Assembly (NCBI RefSeq): GCF_000002075.1
Contig: NW_004797276.1
Span: forward strand, 2,177,950 to 2,241,949
DNA: 64,000 nt
Direction of reading: 5' to 3'
DNA from: Aplysia californica
Lineage: Eukaryota
Part shown: in pieces, positions 24,111 to 38,094 of the stretch
Layout of the letters: every line of letters starts with the position of its first letter
Numbering within the stretch: the first letter of the stretch is position 1
Made by a program: the position numbers and the translations under genes
The notes under the pieces: generated by a model
What the model saw: only the letters and a program-made list of their open reading frames with translations
Told to the model about the DNA's origin: nothing
The model's database searches: none

Positions 24111-26049
24111 GTTTTTCCTTTTTTTTTCTCTAAAGAGATAAAAATGGGAAAAACGGATTTTGCGCTTCACCTAACATAGGAATGATCCAACAGCAGGTAC
24201 ACCGATACTTTAGTGTTTGACCGGGTCAAACGCTATAGAACTGCAGTTTCTTTCTATAGTGAACTTTAAAGTAGTAAAGATGATGGCATTGAAGGTTGTT
24301 CTGTGAGTTTTATGGATAGATTCTGACCTTCGAAACAATGTTGTATTGGATGCAGTGTTCCATGTGCTTTCACTCTACATGGCACTGTCCTTGTAATTAT
24401 CTCAACTTTATTCAACTAGGACCTAGGGGTATTGTTTGTTCTCTAAGAGTAGAGTGGCTGTACTATTGTCGTGCGGGAATGTTATGGTTTTTGTCAACAG
24501 TTCCTTGTACAAGACTAGGTTTTGCAGTTTCATGACTGGGCTAGGTCTATGGTCTTGATATTTGCAGTCAGCGTCTTTGTTGGTGATGACTTTGGGGTTC
24601 AACTATGATCGAACAGCAATGCCTTCCATATAGTGTGTGACAGTGGTATGGGGGAATTTAATTGCATACTTGCCTCCAACTTGCTGTAATTTGTGCTTGT
24701 ACTGTTCTAAAACGAGTAAATGTAAGTTAGTTTGACTCTCTCACTTCTGATGATTTGCTTTCATTTGTTTTTGCTATTTAAAAAATCGTTTACATGTTTT
24801 AAAAACTGAACTTCTCTGTTTGTAGCGCTGTTTTAGGATTCCAGGTCCTGATTTTGAAGCGTCTACTTTTCTTTGCTCTGGCTTGGGGGGAAAATTGAAT
24901 AAAATCACCCTGTCCTGTTTACAGTACTAGAGAAGTATACAGCCGGGAGTGACATGAATCCTCAGAATACTTTTTCTAAATGGTTTTTTAGTGTATAAAA
25001 TATTTATTTTGAGGCTTCCCCATTAGATGCTAGTGTTACATTGTTATTTGTGGAGAATATAGTCTGGAAAAGGATTTTCTGACATTGCTTTCAAATAAAG
25101 CACATGCGCAAACGCTTGCTGGAGCTGACAAAAAGACACGGTCTGGTTTTTTTTGTGTGTGTGAATGATATGGATATGATCGAAATAGTTTAAGATGACC
25201 ATCCATGTCGAGGAGGAAAGTGGTTGTCTTAGACATCTTGCACAGTGTCATTATAATGTAGAAATGCGGGAGAAGGAGGGAATGGTGACTTGTGCTGGTG
25301 AGATGGCCATGAGAGCAGGCTTAACCGTGTTTATAAATGCTATGCAGTACCCTCTTGCTTTGATATGTCCAAGTTTTTGTCACTGGCTCTCCAAGTGAAA
25401 TTTCAATGCATTGATTTCTGGTGTCTCCAAGTACTATTTCCACTCTTACTGTCCACTAAAAAAGGAATGAGGGGGACTTCACCGACTGTCTCAAGCCTTT
25501 CAGGCTTTTTTTTTTGTGTGTGGGTGACTGGATAAATGAGATATGTGTGCTGTAGCTTAAGAAATCGATTTTATGTGGGCTGTCGCTGTTCCTGGGTCTT
25601 CTTTTTTGCTTTTTTTTTCAGCACCTATTGTGGAGTTAACATAGATTTTGTGATTGATTTCATTGTGTTTTGTTTACATCTATTATTTTCAAATAGCAAC
25701 CAACTTTATGTGAAAAAAGATTGAAAGAGTGGGGGACTCCATTCACCCATTGTAACTTGTTCCCTTGTTTCGTAGTTAAACTCCATTCAAAGGTTAAATA
25801 AACATAAATTGTGCAGCACTATCAAAGAGCAAGGATGATTTATCCAGAGAATGCCTTACTCTTCTCATACACTAAAAAAATGGCCTTGGAAAAAGTGTCA
25901 AAAATTACAATGTTTCAAAAGATAGAAACCCTTACTTCGTGTAAATTTACATGATATTGAAGAATGAAAAATACACTTCATATCGAAGAATACCGTACGT
26001 ACACAGAGATGTATTGCTGTATACACGTAATGTTCCATCATATTCAAAG

Positions 26050-26398
26050 TGAACAAACCCATTTGTCAACATCAATCGAGTTTTGTGGTCCGATCTTGGA
26101 GTAAACATTGTACCGTTTCATCAAGTTTTAATACATTCATGTGATCGCATTCACAAAAGAGGCTGATCTTTGACACAATGAGCTGTTCAGTTGTCTCAAC
26201 ATTTCACTCTTGGTTGATCGTCTGCCCGCCTGGGTTTTTAGTTCTGTAAATTATTCTCTGAAATGCAGGATCTTGGCCGAATATAAACCTTCAGGGTGGA
26301 TCAGAGCGGATCTTAGATGATGACTTTTGTGTAGTAAAAATTCTATTTTCTTAAAACAGCGGGGTCCTAAGCAGGGGGATCTTATGCTGAGACTACTG
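26050..26398 (+). mobile_element. Right part of the same pogo/Tc1-like family
   Basis: Dispersed similarity to 965-1128; TIR ends in ...ACTG|TA. Confidence 0.5.
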
Positions 26399-26891
26399 TA
26401 TTTCTCTCTTTTTCTTCAAACCATTGTATTTACTTTTTAAAGTATTAACACTGTTTTGTATGTTGCCTACCAATATTATCCATATCTGCCATTCTTCTTC
26501 CTATTATTCTTCTTGAAAGTCCAAGGCTGGTTTTGGGCTTTGCCACTTAACTTTGGTATGAGTATGAGTTACGTTACTGCTTGAAGACTAAACTGCTTTA
26601 TCGTGCTTTTGAAGTTGTCCCGGCTATTTTCCAAGGCAAATTGATATCCAAGTGCATTTCAACCCATGTTTATTGATTATTGTGTTGCCAATCATACTTT
26701 GAGAGGATCTTTGTTTTGAATATTTGAATTTCCTACAAAGAGAAAGTTGGACCAAATTACCTTAGGTTTTTAGAGGACTTGTGTTCAGGTTGTTAAATTA
26801 GACAGTTTTAAAAATGTGAAATACTCAGCTGTCAGAGATGCAGAGATGGTGATTTTGTGTGGCTTCTCCGTGCCCTTTCTTCCCCCCCCCC

Positions 26892-26991
26892 NNNNNNNNN
26901 NNNNNNNNNNNNNNNNNNNNNNNNNNNNNNNNNNNNNNNNNNNNNNNNNNNNNNNNNNNNNNNNNNNNNNNNNNNNNNNNNNNNNNNNNNN
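26892..26991. other. Assembly gap (100 N)
   Basis: Seen directly. Confidence 1.
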
Positions 26992-27047
26992 CTATTGATG
27001 CCATTTTCTTTAGGTATAACATGCCTTTTATTTCATACTTATAAATA

Positions 27048-27132
27048 GTAAAAACTTCACCTATAAGTGTGATGTATCTATTTCCTATATATTGTAAAAA
27101 CTTCACCTATAAGTGTGATGTATCTATTTCCT
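27048..27132. repeat. ~45-bp direct tandem duplication
   Basis: gtaaaaacttcacctataagtgtgatgtatctatttcct occurs twice. Confidence 0.9.
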
Positions 27133-27354
27133 GAAGGCCTGAATCCGAGAAGTCACTCATTTTGTCAGCACGCTTCACATATTCTGTTTGGCAGAACACA
27201 CTTTCAAACTTGAAGAAGATTCCAACCTTGAAAGAAGTTATGAAAAAGTGCATGACCATTGCCTGTTGGAAACTCTTTAATGTTATGATGTTATCCTTTT
27301 CCTCCTTTTGGTACCCCTTCACTCTTTTAATCATTTAATCAACATTATCATATG

Positions 27355-27374
27355 ATGTGTGTGTATGTGTGTGC

Positions 27375-27412
<38 letters not shown>
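27355..27412. repeat. (GT)n microsatellite
   Basis: Seen directly. Confidence 0.9.
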
Positions 27413-27413
<1 letters not shown>

Positions 27414-27639
27414 TTTTTCTTTGCAATTTAGGTAGTCTCTTCTTGTTCTGTGAATATGGTTTTGTTACCTCATTTTTTGTTTTATTTGAAGCGTAGATTT
27501 GGCGTGGTACTTGATCTGTTGCTTTCTTTGAGGTTACTAGCAATTGACACCAAAAAAAGTTCTATTGTCCTCGATTTTTTAAATATATTTTTTTGTAATA
27601 ATGTAAGAAGGTTACGTAGTTTCAGTCTTATGGTTAAGA

Positions 27640-27836
27640 CCCTTATCCTATTCGTACGCCCTGGGGTCATTTTGTACCCCGGGGGTTGTATTCTTCACAT
27701 TTTAGAACACTTCTTTAAAAATCTTTGCAAAGCGTACGGATTGGTTTAACGAGTAAATTTCCTCTTTTGAAAGTGGTGGCACAGAGTTCCCCACGTCATA
27801 TGGATACGATAGTAAAACATGAAGTACGGATTGGGT
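27640..27836 (+). mobile_element. piggyBac-like MITE copy, internally deleted
   Basis: cgtacgccctggggtcattttgtacc...ggatacgatagtaaaac is shared with 51309-51564. Confidence 0.65.
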
Positions 27837-29329
27837 AGAGCGAGTTGTATCTTTTTACAGTTTTTATTGAATAATGGATTTATCATTCCTTTGACATGGA
27901 AAGCCTTTGATCATATGGTTTCAGTTTATGTCTATACTTTTGTGATATTGAATCTTCTATACTTGCACTATCGTTTCGCTATGAGGGAGCTTTTTTTAAA
28001 AAATAAAGACACATTGTTTGTAGGTTGTTGGGGGGGGGGTTTCGACCATTAAATTATAATAATGTGTTGATTTTGCCTCTAGCTAGAGTAATTTTGCAAA
28101 CGATGACATTGCCCTAAGAATTCAACAATTTTCACATAGTAGAGAGGATACATAAACCGTGAACAGGTTACTTCTGTAGACTTGGAAATTACTTACCTAT
28201 CGTTGGACTAGAAATTCGTCTCAAAATCAACGTACTTTCCTTTTTTGCATGTGTCTTGGCCGTTCTGGAAACTCGTGGCAAAATGACATTGCAAATGGGA
28301 CTTTCTGTTACTGTTACCGTGGCCATGTGGACTTGTATTTGTATTGACACTTTTGATGTTCTGCCGAGGATGGGCTACCTTAGAAAGCAGTGTTGCTTTG
28401 TGATATTCTTCTTGTTTTTGGGTTGTTGGGTTTTTTTTTACTGTTTGCTGTTTTGGAGTCTCATTATTGTCAGTGCTGAGTATGTGTGTATTTACAGTGT
28501 GGTGATTGGTATTAATTTCATTCAGATGTTTGGCATTCCAGCCATGGATGATAAAAGTTATAAATTTGATGAGGAGTCACCATGACAAGGAAGGACGGGA
28601 CTTTTCTTCACATTGAGCTCTTTGCTCGTATACCCAGCCTTTGTCTTTTATATTTCTCAATATATGTTCAATTTTCAAGGTCACATCAGAGAGAAAAAAT
28701 TGAAAAATTACAATAGTCAACATCAGCACTGGATTGTACAGACCTGTGGCAAAAATGTTTCAGAAATCCTCGAGACTGATAGTGAAATTCGAGGGCATTT
28801 GCGTGTGTTCATCAAAGTGTGATTTCGAGATTCGAAGTGGGAAAAGCAGTTTCGTCAATCTTCATTTAAAAAATTGATGTTCACATTACTTAGATTTTTC
28901 TGTTTTATAGTTATACTTTTTTTTAAAAGTCTGTATTTGTACATTATTTTTTCAACATTTGCTCTTATATTTTGTCTTACTTTTGTTACAAGAATTATTC
29001 CAAGGGAATTCAAAACATGAAATCGTGAGTACTGACATGAATTTTACAATATTGACATTCTTTTCCTTAAAATGTGTCGAGATGGGGATTGAAGGGATAA
29101 ATAAATGTTTTGGGGTTTATGCCTCTAACTTGTCAATGGAAAGGGGACATTCAAAAGTTTAATTGGTATCCGTCATGAAATACACCTAAGAGGTAAAAAA
29201 AATGGCAGTAATGTGTACTGCTTCATGATCAGTGATCAATCATGTTTTGAGTACCCTTGGATGGGTCTCCTTTTGTGTACTACACTTTTAGTGCTATAGA
29301 GTGGTGACAGGCATAATTATTCTTTGCAG

Positions 29330-29688
29330 GCAACTCTGGTGGCAATTCTTCATTATCACCATCACCATTTCAAGTCCCAGGTGTTCCTGTCAAATATTTT
29401 CGCTGTCCTGTGTGTAGCATCATAATCCGGCACAAGAACAACATTAAGAGACACATGCGTCGACACAATGGTGAAGTTTTTCAATGTGCTTTTTGTGATT
29501 CTACACAGACTTGTCGCTGGCAACTTCAGCGACACTTAGAAACAAAGCATTTCATAACACCTAATGGTGGTGTAGAAGATCAAGCTTCTGAAAATATTGT
29601 TTACCATGAAGAAGAGCTTGAGGATGGAGAGATTGTTTTTGAAATGAAGTATAAGACTGGAATTGAGGACAAGGAAGCCACTGTTTAA
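29330..29688 (+). CDS. Gene B alternative terminal exon V1: tandem C2H2 zinc-finger pair plus acidic tail
   Basis: Acceptor ttctttgcag|GC (phase 1), open frame into CPVC-x12-HMRRH-NGEVF-CAFC-x12-HLETKH, stop TAA at 29688. Confidence 0.85.
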
Positions 29689-29905
29689 AGAAGTTATACG
29701 CTATTGGAATGTGAAAATGCAACAATAAGAAAGCTTGTCAAAATTGCTCAGTTCCAAGGCATGTTCAGCTCTATTTACAAAGTATCTAGTAAAGTGTAGC
29801 TCAGAAAATATTGCATGTTAATTTTAGGCAAAATAATTGACTTTCATTTTGGAAATTGTTCCCATTTGAGTTGAGCATAAACACAAGCTTTCTTATTTGT
29901 TGCAG

Positions 29906-30186
29906 ATCCTGCTGCTAGCGGCAGTGTTGATGTAAGCAAGGCTTGGGGTCACCATTTTATCAGTGCTCCTCCAGGCACCCAGTTACAAGGTAGTCGCTTG
30001 GTCCGGAACTACAGCTGTCCGATGTGTGGTTTACAGATCTCACACCGAAAGAACATTCGACGCCACATGCGTAAACACACTGGAGAAATGTTCTTCTGTG
30101 ATTTGTGCGACTGGCGAGGCACCTGCAGATGGAAACTTCAAAAGCACAGAGAGAAAAAGCACGGCATCCCTCCATTGACACCCTGA
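29906..30186 (+). CDS. Gene B alternative terminal exon V2: tandem C2H2 zinc-finger pair
   Basis: Acceptor tttgttgcag|AT (phase 1), open frame into CPMC-x12-HMRKH-TGEMF-CDLC-x12-HREKKH, stop TGA at 30186. Confidence 0.85.
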
Positions 30187-30940
30187 AGGTCTATGAGAGC
30201 TGATGAGTTTTGCAGAGATATTTGTGCTATTGTGTATTGTTAATGCAAGTTGGCAGCCCGAACCGAGAGAAGCATTGTCACACAAATTATATGCTTATCA
30301 GACTACATTTTTTTCTTTGCTTGCTTTCCTGAGGTCCGTGGTTGTGTTGTGGGCGGAAAAGTTCATAGAGACAGTTATCTGTTTGATTGCTGATAAGCTA
30401 GTTAAGGAGATGGGGTATTGAAAACCCCCCAAAAAATGTGAAAAGATGTAAATTTAATATGAAAGGATTTTGTTATGGTACCACAGCATTTTGGGATTTT
30501 TTTTTCTGAAGTATAAAGAGTGTAATAAGCATAAACTTTATTTTATATTCGGGGTCATTTGGGCATGTGATAGGTGTATCTATACCCTTGTTTTTTCTCT
30601 CCATGTCATGGTACAATGTCATATAACTAAAAGGGGGACCCTAGGTTTTGATCTGTAAGTGTTAATATCGCTAATAACTTGTTTAGCACAGGACATACTA
30701 TTATTGTCAAATCTAAACTTTGTGGGATTTTGTTTAGTATTGATAAATTCCATACAAGATAAGTGGAGTGTACACTTGTCTGAACCTGTAGAACTTATAG
30801 AAGCAGCAACCATTCTATCGGTTGCCAATTTGACTGTTATGAGATTGTCATGGCAGAAAATTAGCTGTTTTAATTTGCAGTCAAGTATCTGACAATTCTT
30901 TTGATTGTTTTGCTAAAAATTCGTTCTCTGTCTGTTCCAG

Positions 30941-30958
30941 ATCAAAGGCCTCACCTTG
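30941..30958 (+). CDS. Possible 18-nt phase-1/phase-1 micro-exon of gene B
   Basis: ctctgtctgttccag|AT CAA AGG CCT CAC CTT G|gtgaga; good polypyrimidine tract; frame-preserving. No homology support. Confidence 0.3.
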
Positions 30959-32145
30959 GTGAGACAGGGTTGGGATTTAGTTTCATATAGTTGATCAAAG
31001 TGCAATTAAGTTTCCAACATTCTGAAGGTGTCTCGAGCTTGAACAAGCAATTAATGATAGTTATGAGACAGAAGAAACAAATTGATGAATCAGATAGTGA
31101 AAACGTTGTGGCAGGAGTTGGGAGCGATTCAGATTAATCAGATGTAGAATCTCAATTTAGAAGCTGATCGCGAGGTTGGGAGTGAGAATGATGGGTTGGA
31201 CACCCCTCTATGGAAGTAAAGTTGATAAAACATTTCCAAGAACCTGTGCATTGCAAGTTATGTTTTTCTGAAACTACATTCACTCCTTTTTGTGTTTTTT
31301 TCAAATGTGTGGGTTTGTTTGTTGGGGGGGGGGGGGTGTTGTGTGTGTGTTTGTTTTTTTGTTTTTTTAATGATTGTATTTACGTGAGGCGAGTTTCCAA
31401 CCCTCTTTTAGGTTTTGGGAATAGACTTCCTGTCCTGACCCTTACAGTGTAATGTGTTGAAATTTGGGCTTATTATTCTGATCTTACTAGCAATGGTAAT
31501 ATGCGTGGAACTCTTCAAATTAATTTTACCCCCATTCAAAAGAGTAAAGGATAAAAATAAATGCCTTATACACTGCTGTTTATTTGATGATGGAAATGAT
31601 GAATAATTCACTACATCAGGTTTGTTAATTAATAATGTTAGACAGGTGTACACTCTACTTAAAGGAATTTGTGTATGTATTTTCCCTTGATCATTAAACT
31701 GTAAATGTGACTGCTAATATTCAGGCACTGTCTTTGTTTTGCAAAACAATATTAACTGGAAAGAATGCAACTTGGTGTGTGCTGTTTGCCCATGTCGCTT
31801 GATTGTTAATTTTTAATATATTTTTTTAAATCTGCTTTTCTGGTTTAAGATACATAAGAGGTCTCTGGTGTCTATGGCTTATCAACCTAGTTTGCTTGAG
31901 GAAACTGTTTTTACCATACAGATCCCTCATCTTGAAACATTTTTGTGGGACAAAACTTGTCAAACGCTTTTCTCTTTGGCAATCTTATTCAAACAGGCCA
32001 CATCTAGTTCTCACTTTATTGTCAGCAGCTTGTTTTATACCACTGAAAATGTGTGCTTTCTTGAATATGATGTTTTGAAAGACCCGAATTTCATAGAGAT
32101 AAGAGCAAGATAATGAGGATGGATAAGGGGGCTGGGTTTCTATTA

Positions 32146-32270
32146 AGGGGTGCCCACTACGGATGGGGCCGATCACCCGACTCTGTCGCCTAAAAAGCAA
32201 ACGTGTTTGTTTTCAGTTTCAGGCGACGGAGTTGGGCAGTCTGCCTGATCCAGCTGTAATGGGCACCCTA
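32146..32270. mobile_element. Small MITE with GGGTGCCCA(C/T)TAC inverted termini
   Basis: aggggtgcccactac ... gtaatgggcacccta; the interior matches 18842-18930 and 38495-38560. Confidence 0.6.
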
Positions 32271-33284
32271 TATTATGTTTCAAGACTTAACAATTGAATT
32301 TTATAATCTAAAGGCATACTCTAACAAAATTGAGTGATCGACTTTTTGACAGATTTGTCACTCTTTTCTGATATCTTCAGGAACTTTCATGTTGATTCTG
32401 TAGTTCTGTCATTTTGAATGGAGACTATGCTATTATTCCAAGGCTCTATAGATGAATTAAGTGGTCTTTGTTTTTGTCTGTTTTTCCTTTTCAGGGAGAG
32501 GGCTTTTAGAAAATTTTCTTCTTACTTTAAGCTGTTTTGCATACTTTACCTTCGAAGTCAAAGCAGTTTAAGTTTCCAGGTTGAACCCTCTTAGCACCGT
32601 GAATAGGTCAGCACAGCAGAACCAAAATGCGGCTAGCTGATGGCTTCCCAGAGCAGGATTATTTCAGTATTTTTTAGAGGTCAGGGGTGTGTAGCAAAGA
32701 AATTACTTTTTGCTTTTGATCTAAGTTATGTATTTCAATGAAATTTCAGACTCGAAGACATTAGATGTCAGCATCTAAATTTAAAGTTGAAGGTTTTTAT
32801 TTCTAAGCCTGCATTAAAAGCCGAAGTGTCGGGCCGGTAAAAGCAGGTATTGCTCTTCAGCAGAAAAACTGGGGTGGCACCATGACAGGAAGGCCAGTTT
32901 ATGTCGGTATGGCTCAAAAAGATTTAAACTACGGACCAGATAATGAAGTGAGTTCACCAAAGATTGGTAAACTGGGGGGGGTGTCATATTTCTTATCGCT
33001 GGAGTATTTTAGACAATGAATAGCACATTGAGCAAATTGTTTGCTTTTCGTGAAAGTAAAATTGAGTCATCTGGTTGTGGATTGTATAGATAAAGGACCA
33101 CCATTTCTGATAACCTTCATTTACAGATAAATTATGGTACAATTGGACTTTTTGTCTGCACTCATTGATGCTGTTTTGTATTCTCTATAGCTTTGAAGTC
33201 CAGGAAATTGATTTTACTGAAGACAATGCTCCCAACCTAATTTTGGAATTTTCGTTGGTGACCCCCCCCCCCCTTCTCTCTCTA

Positions 33285-33316
<32 letters not shown>

Positions 33317-34994
33317 AAATTGTAAATATTGCCTGTAACAAAGTTATGTGTTTAAATAATGCAATGTTCATTTACTGAAATAGTGTGCTATTACTCACTG
33401 TGGTCACCTCTCACTCTCCCCATAACCGTGGACATTTCTGCCTTTGAACTTTGTATTTTATTTTGATGCAACTCTTAAAAGATGTGTATACATTTCAGGG
33501 GGGGGGGGGTGTAATTTGTAGGTGTATTCCAAATCACAAATTAGCTTACGGATTTTGCTTATTAGGAAATAGTACTTACGTGGAAGTTTGTTCTGTTCAT
33601 GATTTTGAAAAATCAATTGGTATGATTGTTGCGAACACCGTAAAACTCTAGTAAAAAAAAACCTTGGCACGATTAAAGAATTTCTTTTTAACGGGATTGG
33701 TAAATGGTCAGTATTACTTATGCAGACTTTCAGGAACTTTTTTAAAAAGGAAAATGGAATCAAATCTTGTTCTCAGATTCTTCCAGCATCAAATACATTG
33801 ATAACAGTAAGGAAGAAAAGGACATGGTTCTCTACACATGGGTTTGAAGGACAGTTTAATGTCATATATTCATTTTATTTTCCTATATTTTGCTCATTGT
33901 CACTTACTGTAAGCAATTCCCATGTGGGGTAAATAGTCTACAGACTCTGCTCAGATGTAGAAGGCCTCGTAGCTGTTGGCCCTGGCAGGCAGGTTTGAAG
34001 ATGGTCTAGATTGGTTTGTGAGGCTGTAGAATATTTACATTCATTTTTGGTAATATAAGGTATAGTGACTGTTTCTTGCAACAACACATTTACAACATAT
34101 TTGTACTTGAACAATGTAAACAGATCTGACAGGTTGCATTTTTACTATAAATGTAAGATCATGCAAATCTGGAAGTTTTCAGAAGATTGTAAATTTTGTA
34201 CATAACATTCAGTGGAATTTTATGTCCTTTTTTGTGTTGTTGGTTTAGCTATTTGAACTGGAGGGCGTACATTGCTTTCCATTATTTTGTATTAAAACTT
34301 CACAAGAAAAATGACATTTAACTATAGTATCATTTTGTACAATTACATCTTGTGTAGTACTGACACACTGATGGCTTATCGCCTACACTGATTTTAAAAA
34401 TTGTCCATAGTGTGACACTTGTATGGCAGTGTTCAGTTGACATTTATGTTTTTCTATATTCTGTGTGAACTGAGAAATGTATATTGATTCTTATATGACT
34501 TTTTATCACCGTATCTGTCCATTGGTGTTCATGGAATCTTGGTTTTTGTATTTTACTTCCAAAGCCAAAAATTATTTCAGTTCTACCTGTCTTGAGGTGG
34601 AATGTGTGCGGGAATCAAATTTTTTTTAAATGCTTGTCAGTTCCAATAGCGATCTAATGAAGTAGGGAAAAGTTCATTTGAGTCAATGTTAACCAAGAAT
34701 AAGTTGTGTGACATGTCGAAATACTTGATTCATCCACAAATTGGCTCGTTACCCATTCATGTTCCTTTTTGTAGCGCGCTTATCTAATATTTTGTGGTGC
34801 TGTCTGTGTGTTTCCTTCACCACTGATTTTAGGCCGCCTGTTTCATGACACGCTACTAATTATATATGATTTAATTGATTTTAAAAAATGGGGGGGGGGG
34901 GGGGGGGAATTATTATGACCAAGCTAAATGGCTACCATTTGCTGAGATTTTGGACATCTTGGGTGCTATATTTGTACTTTTGTCTATTAGGACA

Positions 34995-35765
34995 GCATAT
35001 GTACTTTCGCATTCAACGAGGTACCAGCTTGTTGTCCTCGTTGAATCCGACCTCTCGTTGAACGTGACTAAGGCCGAAGAAAAGAAAGGAGACAAGTTAT
35101 TATATTACCCGACTCACCGGTACCAGTTAGTAAAACATTTGTTCCCCCTATTGACGAAAATCTCAAACAGCATCAGTGTGCGCGTGTTTGACCTATGTTC
35201 TGACCGTCATTTCTGTATTTTAAAATATTTTTTCCCCGGAACACTTCTCGTGTGGAAACATACCCTCTCACAACTAATCCTAGATCTACATAAAGTAAAG
35301 GCAGGAGCTTGGATTTTCTGATCAGGGGAAGAAAAGAAAATTTGGGGGGGGGGGGGGGGTGTCTTGATCTAGACGTACCCATCCAGAGTTCATCCAGTTT
35401 CACACAGCCCGCATCGCGTTCCCACCATCCACTCCCATCCCTACCGTAGGCTAACCCTCGCCCATCCTCTTGGCTTTGGTGCCCATATTATGAGGCACAC
35501 TAGATTTAGCAATACAATGTGTTAGGAATCGAGGATAGGCCTTGTGCTTCGCGTGAGATGGAGAAAAATTCTTCACTTTTGGGGCCGCTAATTGCTTTTA
35601 TTTTGGTTTTCGCGACCTCGTTGAAAGCAACTTCGGTCTGTTTGCAACCTCGTTGGAGCTGACGTACATTTACAAAGAGATATAGAAGAAAATCAGGGAT
35701 TAAGGATTTCCTCGTTGGAGCTGACTTCTCATTGAATGTGACCTTATTGAATGCGACACCCACTG
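34995..35765. mobile_element. MITE with CTCGTTG(A/G)A subterminal repeats
   Basis: tcgcattcaacgaggt ... accttattgaatgcga inverted ends; repeated cctcgttg motifs near both ends. Confidence 0.55.
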
Positions 35766-36903
35766 TGTATGTTACGGCTAGTTATTTGTCATTCACAGGG
35801 CTTAGCCTGCAGTATTTTCGAAAGTTTTATGGTTTATGCCAGAGATACCTGATTTATTTTATTTTTTGATTACCATCAGGCTTACGTAATGCTCTTTTCC
35901 AAGATGATTCTACCAACATGTTAAGCTTTGAACAAATTGAAAAGAGGTTATGCAGGTTTCCCTGGTCAAAATGGTAATAGAATATACCGATGTCATAAGG
36001 AAAGGTGTCAGGCTTACTATACAAATTTTCAGAGAGTGCAATCTACTTCTCTTCATTGGATTCATTCATTCTAAGCTTTACTGTGTTCATATCTTGTGAG
36101 TTACAGGTTTGAGCGAGGGGGAATGATTCTTTTGAACTTGCTTTAAGTATACATTAAGGAAGTACCTATGAAAGCAGCAAAATTCCTCTGTGTTCAAAAG
36201 AATTTTTGCTTGACATTCTTGGCTTAAATGTAAGATAGAGATACCTTGAACTCATGCATTTGTAAGATGTTTTTGTTGTCATTCTTTGGCTTCATAGTTT
36301 GAATAAACTGCTAGATATTGGCTTACTTGGGGTTTTTTTTTTTTTTTGGTCTTTGTGTTTGTTCAAATTTCAATCATATTTTCCGTTTGTTACTGTGTTT
36401 ATGGCTCTCTAGTTTCTACAGTTGTTGGTTTTCTTCTCTATATAGCTGATAATCTAAATGCCTCGTTGCTGCTCTTTGCTTCAAAGGTTCACACCACTAC
36501 TGATGTGAAGTACATATAATTTTACAGTTTCTGGTAACATGGTTGAAAAAGCAATTGAAGTGTACACAGTGTAAGGTCCTTTCAAATGGCACGTTTGACA
36601 AGGTTGGCATGGTTGAATTCAAAACTTGCAGGATTGTATCCCAGCTTTAGGAACGTCTTGTGTGTGTATTTTCTCCAGAACAAATTAAAACCATATTCTG
36701 CTTTTTGTTTTTTGAGAATTGCTTGCCATTCTCTGTTGCTGGGGAGGGGTACGATAGTTGGGAGTGGAGTTGGGATTTGATTAGAACGAATTTAAGTGAC
36801 TCAATTTGGATTGAATTGAATCTTGGTCATTGTCAGCACAGCACTTTAAAACATCTGATAAACAGACTGCCAAAAGCTAGTTTGTCTTTTTTTTTTTTTT
36901 CAG

Positions 36904-36948
36904 GAACAATAGGCCTGCAAAATTTGATGCAGTCTTTCAGGACTGCTG
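36904..36948 (+). CDS. Possible 45-nt phase-1/phase-1 internal exon of gene B (TIGLQNLMQSFRTA)
   Basis: Long poly-T tract + cag|GA ... GCT G|gtatgg; symmetric phase 1, no stop. Confidence 0.4.
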
Positions 36949-38094
36949 GTATGGTTGTTTTTTGGGGGGTCAAGGCCGTCTTCAAAGCTGAAAGTAACAG
37001 TTGTGGGTGGTTGGCGGGTGCCCTGATGTGGTTTGCTCCTTCTTTCCTATCAAACGTCTATCATTCTGATCTCTCGTCCCTCTTTTTTGTGTTTGTTACT
37101 CTCTTGTAAAACCTAATCTTCGGCACTTATGTGACCTTATTGTGTTGCAAGTGCCGTAAAAATCTTGCAAAAAACTGAAAGTAACAATGTCTTAATGGGG
37201 AGGTCTGGTGAGCTATAAAAAATGTATTTGCTTACCTAAATAAATCAATTTAGCATAATAAGACTCAATGCCAAGACGCGAAATGATTTTGGGTATTACT
37301 CATGACGTACCACTCATTGCCATGGTCATGGGGACCATCTTGAAAATAAACACATCTTAAATTCCTAAAATCTCAAACACTAATCAAGATATTCTACTTT
37401 GTAAGATAGGAATGGAAAGGCAGGGTCTGTATTGAGGTAATAGGGCGACTTTTGTTATATTTGATTGTTGTCGATGATGTAACATGACTTTGAATCTCAT
37501 TATGTAAAAAAGTGTTGAAAATACCCCCCACAACCTGATATAAATGCTCACGTCCTGTCATATACACACAAAAAAACAAAAAAATAATTAGCTGAGTACC
37601 TAGAAATATGGATACGCTATCCCTGTGCCAAATTCTGTCTCTAGGGCAATAAGTATCAAGATTTTAGGATGTCCATGAAAAACACAGTTCAGAAAAAATG
37701 GCCATGTAAGTCAAAGTGACCTATTGTGATACTATTAGTAGCCATATTATGAAACAAAATTTCCCATATAGTATGCTATCTCAACAAAATAATATACCGG
37801 ATTTGATGTCTAGACATTCAGGTATTCATTGTGCAATAACCTCAAAAACAATATTTTGACCCAATATTCAGCTGAAGTCCCACCCGACACACACCCCCCA
37901 AACCAAATGGAGTGAACTGCGTATAACTGGAAATTGTTTTGTCCTTTATGGTACAAAGATGCAGATTAATGTGTCTCCATTTTCATATTATTCTTATCTG
38001 TCAAATTGGTGTTCACACAGTACTATGGCTGAGACACAGCTGAGAGTTACATTGCATGGTATTTTTTCAATGCCCCTCTCTTGCACACAAAATG

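Noticed and set aside
26816-27106. ORFs spanning N runs (also 57466-57840)
   Set aside because: Artefacts of assembly gaps.
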